Assembly: GCF_009914755.1 (NCBI RefSeq)
Contig: NC_060947.1
Direction: 5' to 3' (one strand)
Source of the DNA: the human T2T-CHM13v2.0 reference genome, Homo sapiens
DNA length: 64,000 bases
Of the stretch, positions 60,265 through 64,000 are shown piece by piece. The number at the start of each line of letters is the position of its first letter. Within the stretch, counting starts at the first letter, position 1. The position numbers were made by a program, and so were the translations under genes. The notes beneath the pieces are model-generated. The model searched no databases. It was not told the DNA's origin and worked only from the letters and a program-made list of their open reading frames with translations.

Positions 60265-62273
60265 ATAACAGTCTCTTAGACCACAGCACAATCAAATTAG
60301 AACTCAACATTAAGAAACCCACTAAAAAACAAACAAGTGCATGGAAATTGAACAACCTGCTCGTGAATGACTTCTGGATAAATAATAAAATTAAGGCAGA
60401 AATCAAGAAATTCCTTGAAACTAATAAGAACACAGTGACAACATACCAGAATATCTGGTACACAGCTAAAGCATTGTTAAGGGGAAATTTTATAGCACTA
60501 AATACCCATATAAAAAAGCTAGAAAGATCTCAAATTGACACCCTAATTTCACAACTAAAAGAACTAGAGAACCAAGAGCAAACAAACCCCAGAGCTAGCA
60601 GGAGACAAGAAATATCCAAGCTCAGTGTGGAACTGAAGGAGAAAGAGACATGAAAAATCCTTCAATAAATTAATGAATCCTGGAGCTGTTTATTTGAAAA
60701 AAAATTAATAAAATATGTAGACTGCTAGGTAAACTAATAAAGAAGAAAAGAGAGAAGGTTCAAATAAATACAATCAGAAATAATGAGGGGTTACCACCAC
60801 TGACCCCACAGAATTAAAAACAACCATCAGAGAATACTATAAAAATTATTTGTACAGATACAAATAAACTGGAAAACCTGGAAGAAATGGATAAATTCCT
60901 GGACACATACACCCTCCCAAGACTGAACCAACAAGTTGAATCCCTAAATAGACCAATAACATGTTCTGAAATTGAGACAGTAATAAATAGCCTACCAACT
61001 AATAAAAGCCTAGGACCAGATAAATTTACAGCTGAATTCTAACAGAGGTACAAAGAGAAGCTGATACCATTTCTTCTGACTATTCCAAACAATTGCAAAG
61101 AAGGGATGCCTCCCTAACTCATTTTTTTTTTTTGAGGCCAGCATCATCCTGACACCAAAATCTGGCAGAGATACAACAAAAAAAGAAAACTTCAGGCCAA
61201 TATCCCTTATGAACATTGATGCAAAAATCCTCAATAAAATACTGGCAAACCAAATCCAGCAGCACATCAAAAAGCTTATCTACCACGATCAACTTGGCTT
61301 CATCCCCAGGATGCAAGGCTGGTTCAACATACACAAATCAATAAACAAAATTCATCATATAAACAGAACTAAAGACAAAAGTCACATGATTATATCTCAA
61401 TAGATACAGAAAAGACCTTTGATAAAATTCCCCATCCCTTCATGTTAAAAACTCTCAATAAACTTGGTATTGAAAGAACACACCTCAAAGTAATAAGAGC
61501 CATATATAAGAAACTCACAGCCAATATCATACTGAATGGGCAAAGGCCAGAAGCATTCCCCTTGAAAACTGGCACAAGACAAGCCTGCCCTCTCTCACCA
61601 CTTCAATTCAACATAGTATAGGAAGTTCAGTCCAAGGCAATCAGGCAAGATAAAGAAATAAAGGGTGTTCAAATAGGAAGAGAGGAATTAAATCTGTCTC
61701 TGCTTACAGATGACATGATCCTATATCTAGAAAACCCCATCAACTCAGCCCAAAAGCTTCTTAAGCTAATGAGCAACTTCAGCAAAGTCTCAGGATCCAA
61801 TATCAATATGTTGAAATTACAAGGATTTATTTACATCAACAACAGACAAGCAGGGAGTGAAATCATGAATAACCTCCCATACACAATTGACACAAAGTGT
61901 GTAAAATACCTAGGAATACAGACAACAAGAGAAATGAAGGACCTCTTAAAGGAGAACTGCAAACCACCACTCAAGGAAATCAGAGAAGCCACAATCACAT
62001 GGAAAAATATTCCATGCTCATGGATTGTAAGAATCAATATCGTGAAAATGGCCATACTGCCTAAAGCAATTTTTAGATTAAATGCTATTCCCATTAAACT
62101 ACCATTGACATTCTTCACAGATTTACAAAAAATCTGTTTTCAGTTTAATATGGAACCAAAAAACAGCCCAAATAGTCAAGACAATCATAAGCAAAAAGAA
62201 CACAGCTGGAGGCACCATGCTACCTCACTTCAAACTATACTACATGGCTAGAGTAACCAAAACAGCATGGTAC

Positions 62274-62304
<31 letters not shown>

Positions 62305-62587
62305 CAGGTAAATAGACCAATGGAACAGAATAGGGAACTCAGAATTAAAACTGCACATCTACAACCATCTGATCTTTGACAAACCTGACAAAAACAAGCA
62401 ATGGGGAAAGGAATCCATATTTAACAAATGGTGCTGGGAGAACGGGCTAGCCATATGAAGAAAATTAAAACTGGCCCCTTTCTTACACCTTATTAAAAAA
62501 ATTAACTCAAGATAGATTAAAACCTGAAATGTAAAACCCAAATCTATAAAAACTCTAGAAGAAAATCTAGGCAATACCTTTCAGGAC

Positions 62588-62841
62588 CTTCCTATAGTTC
62601 ACTGGTGAATCCTTCCCTTGCCTCTTCCAGCATCTGATGGCTTCTGGCTTTCCTTGAGTTGCGGCAGCATCACTCCAATCGCTGCCTCTGTGGTCAAATT
62701 GTCTTATTTTCTGTCTGCAATTCACAGAAGAAAGAGGTTAAATGGACTTACAGTTCAACGTGGCTGAGGAAGCTTCACAATCATGACAGAAGGAAAGGAG
62801 GAGCAAGTTACATTTTATGGACAGAAGGAAAGGAGGAGCAA
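62588..62841. other. Chimeric ~250-bp insertion in L1 ORF2 (MLT1 fragment + inverted THE1 LTR fragment + 22-bp duplication)
   Basis: L1 reads ...ttcaggac|insert|cattttatgatgaaatcgccaaaagc. 62717-62815 is the reverse complement of ~60115-60216. Confidence 0.9.
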
Positions 62842-64000
62842 ACATTTTATGATGAAATCGCCAAAAGCAAATGCAACAAAAGCAAAAATTGACAAATGGG
62901 ATCTAGTTAAACTAAACAACTTACTCACAGCAAAAGAAACTATCACCAGTGTGAACAGACAACCTACAGAATGAGAGAAAATCTTTGCAAACTGTCCAAC
63001 TGACAAAGGTCTAATATCCAGAATATACAAGATACTTAAGCAAATTTACAAGAAAAAGACAACCCCATTAAAAAGTGGTCAAAAGGCATGAGCAGACACT
63101 TCTCAAAAGAAGACATACATGCAGCCAATCAACATGAAAAAAAGCTCAACCTCACTGATCATTAGAGAAATACAAATTAAAACCACAATGAGATACCCTC
63201 TCACACTAGTCACAATGGCTATTATAAAAAAGTCAAGAAACAACAGATGCTGGCGAGGTTTTGGAGAAATAGAAATGGTTTTACACTGTTGGTGGGAATG
63301 TAAATTAGTTCAACCATTGTGGAAGACAGTTTGGCGATTCCTCAAAGATTTAGGACCAGAAATACCATTTGACCCAGCAATCCCAATCCTTGGTATATAC
63401 CCAAAGGAATATAAATCATTCCATTATAGAAATACTTGCACGAGTATGTTCATTGCAGCACTACTCACAATAGCAAAGACATGGAATCAATCCAAATGCC
63501 CATCAATGGTAGACTAGATAAAGTAAATGTGGTACATATACACCATGGAATACTATGCAGCCATAAAAAGGAACAAGATCGTGTTTTTTCCAGGCACATG
63601 GATGAAGCTGGAAGCCATTATCCTCAGCAAACTAATGCAGCAACAGAAAACCAAATACTGCATGTTCTCACTTATAAGTGGGAGCTGAATAATGAGAACA
63701 CATGGATACAGGGAAAAATACAACACTCACTGGGGCTTGTCCAGGGAGGGCAGAGGTGTGGGTGGAAAGCATTAGTTAAAAGAGCTAATGCACGCTGGGC
63801 TCAATACCTATGTGATGGGTTCATAGGTGCAGCAAACCACCATGGCACACGTTTACCTACGTAACAAACCTGCACATCCTGCACACATGCCCGGGAACTT
63901 AAAAAATAATAATAATAAAATAATAAAATGCACTAACAATACCTTTGACAACAAAAAAGAAAGTGCCCTTATTAAAAATCAATGTTAAAAACGTTTGCAA

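Larger units (their letters stand above)
54855..63928 (+). mobile_element. Full-length but inactive L1PA (about L1PA8-10), interrupted by THE1 and a small chimeric insert
   Basis: 5' ggccaagatggcc. ORF1 remnant ENILQYIIQENFPN. ORF2 from ~57,320 (atgatgacaggatcaaattc). RT DD region at ~61,710. C-terminus 63119-63517 ([24 protein letters not shown]). 3'UTR and A-rich tail. Confidence 0.96.

Noticed and set aside
61715-63864. L1 ORF2 ORFs as an active retrotransposon
   Set aside because: ORF2 is broken by many stops and frameshifts, a THE1 provirus, an A26 run (62279-62304) and the chimeric insert.

Overview
This is not microbial sequence. It is AT-rich, gene-poor simian primate (human-like) genomic DNA made mostly of interspersed repeats: several L1 generations (L1ME/MB/MA, L1PB, L1PA), AluJ/AluS, MaLR LTR elements (THE1, MST), an MLT2A2 LTR, a decayed ~5.2 kb class I ERV gag-pro-pol fragment, L2, MIR and hAT-Charlie relics. 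I cannot support any intact host protein-coding gene. The ORF track is mostly broken L1/ERV/MaLR/Alu frames and microsatellite read-through. The most unusual object is a ~5 kb tandem array (~24,530-29,490) built on an 11-bp unit (TAGCTAGTTAA). It is made of overlapping palindromes, has nested higher-order duplications and contains no transposon insertion. The second notable object is a ~250 bp chimeric insertion in L1 ORF2 (62,588-62,841) that carries an inverted copy of the 3' LTR of the THE1 element 2.5 kb upstream. Subfamily names come from recalled consensus sequences and were not verified by search. Boundaries without target-site duplications (TSDs) are approximate.
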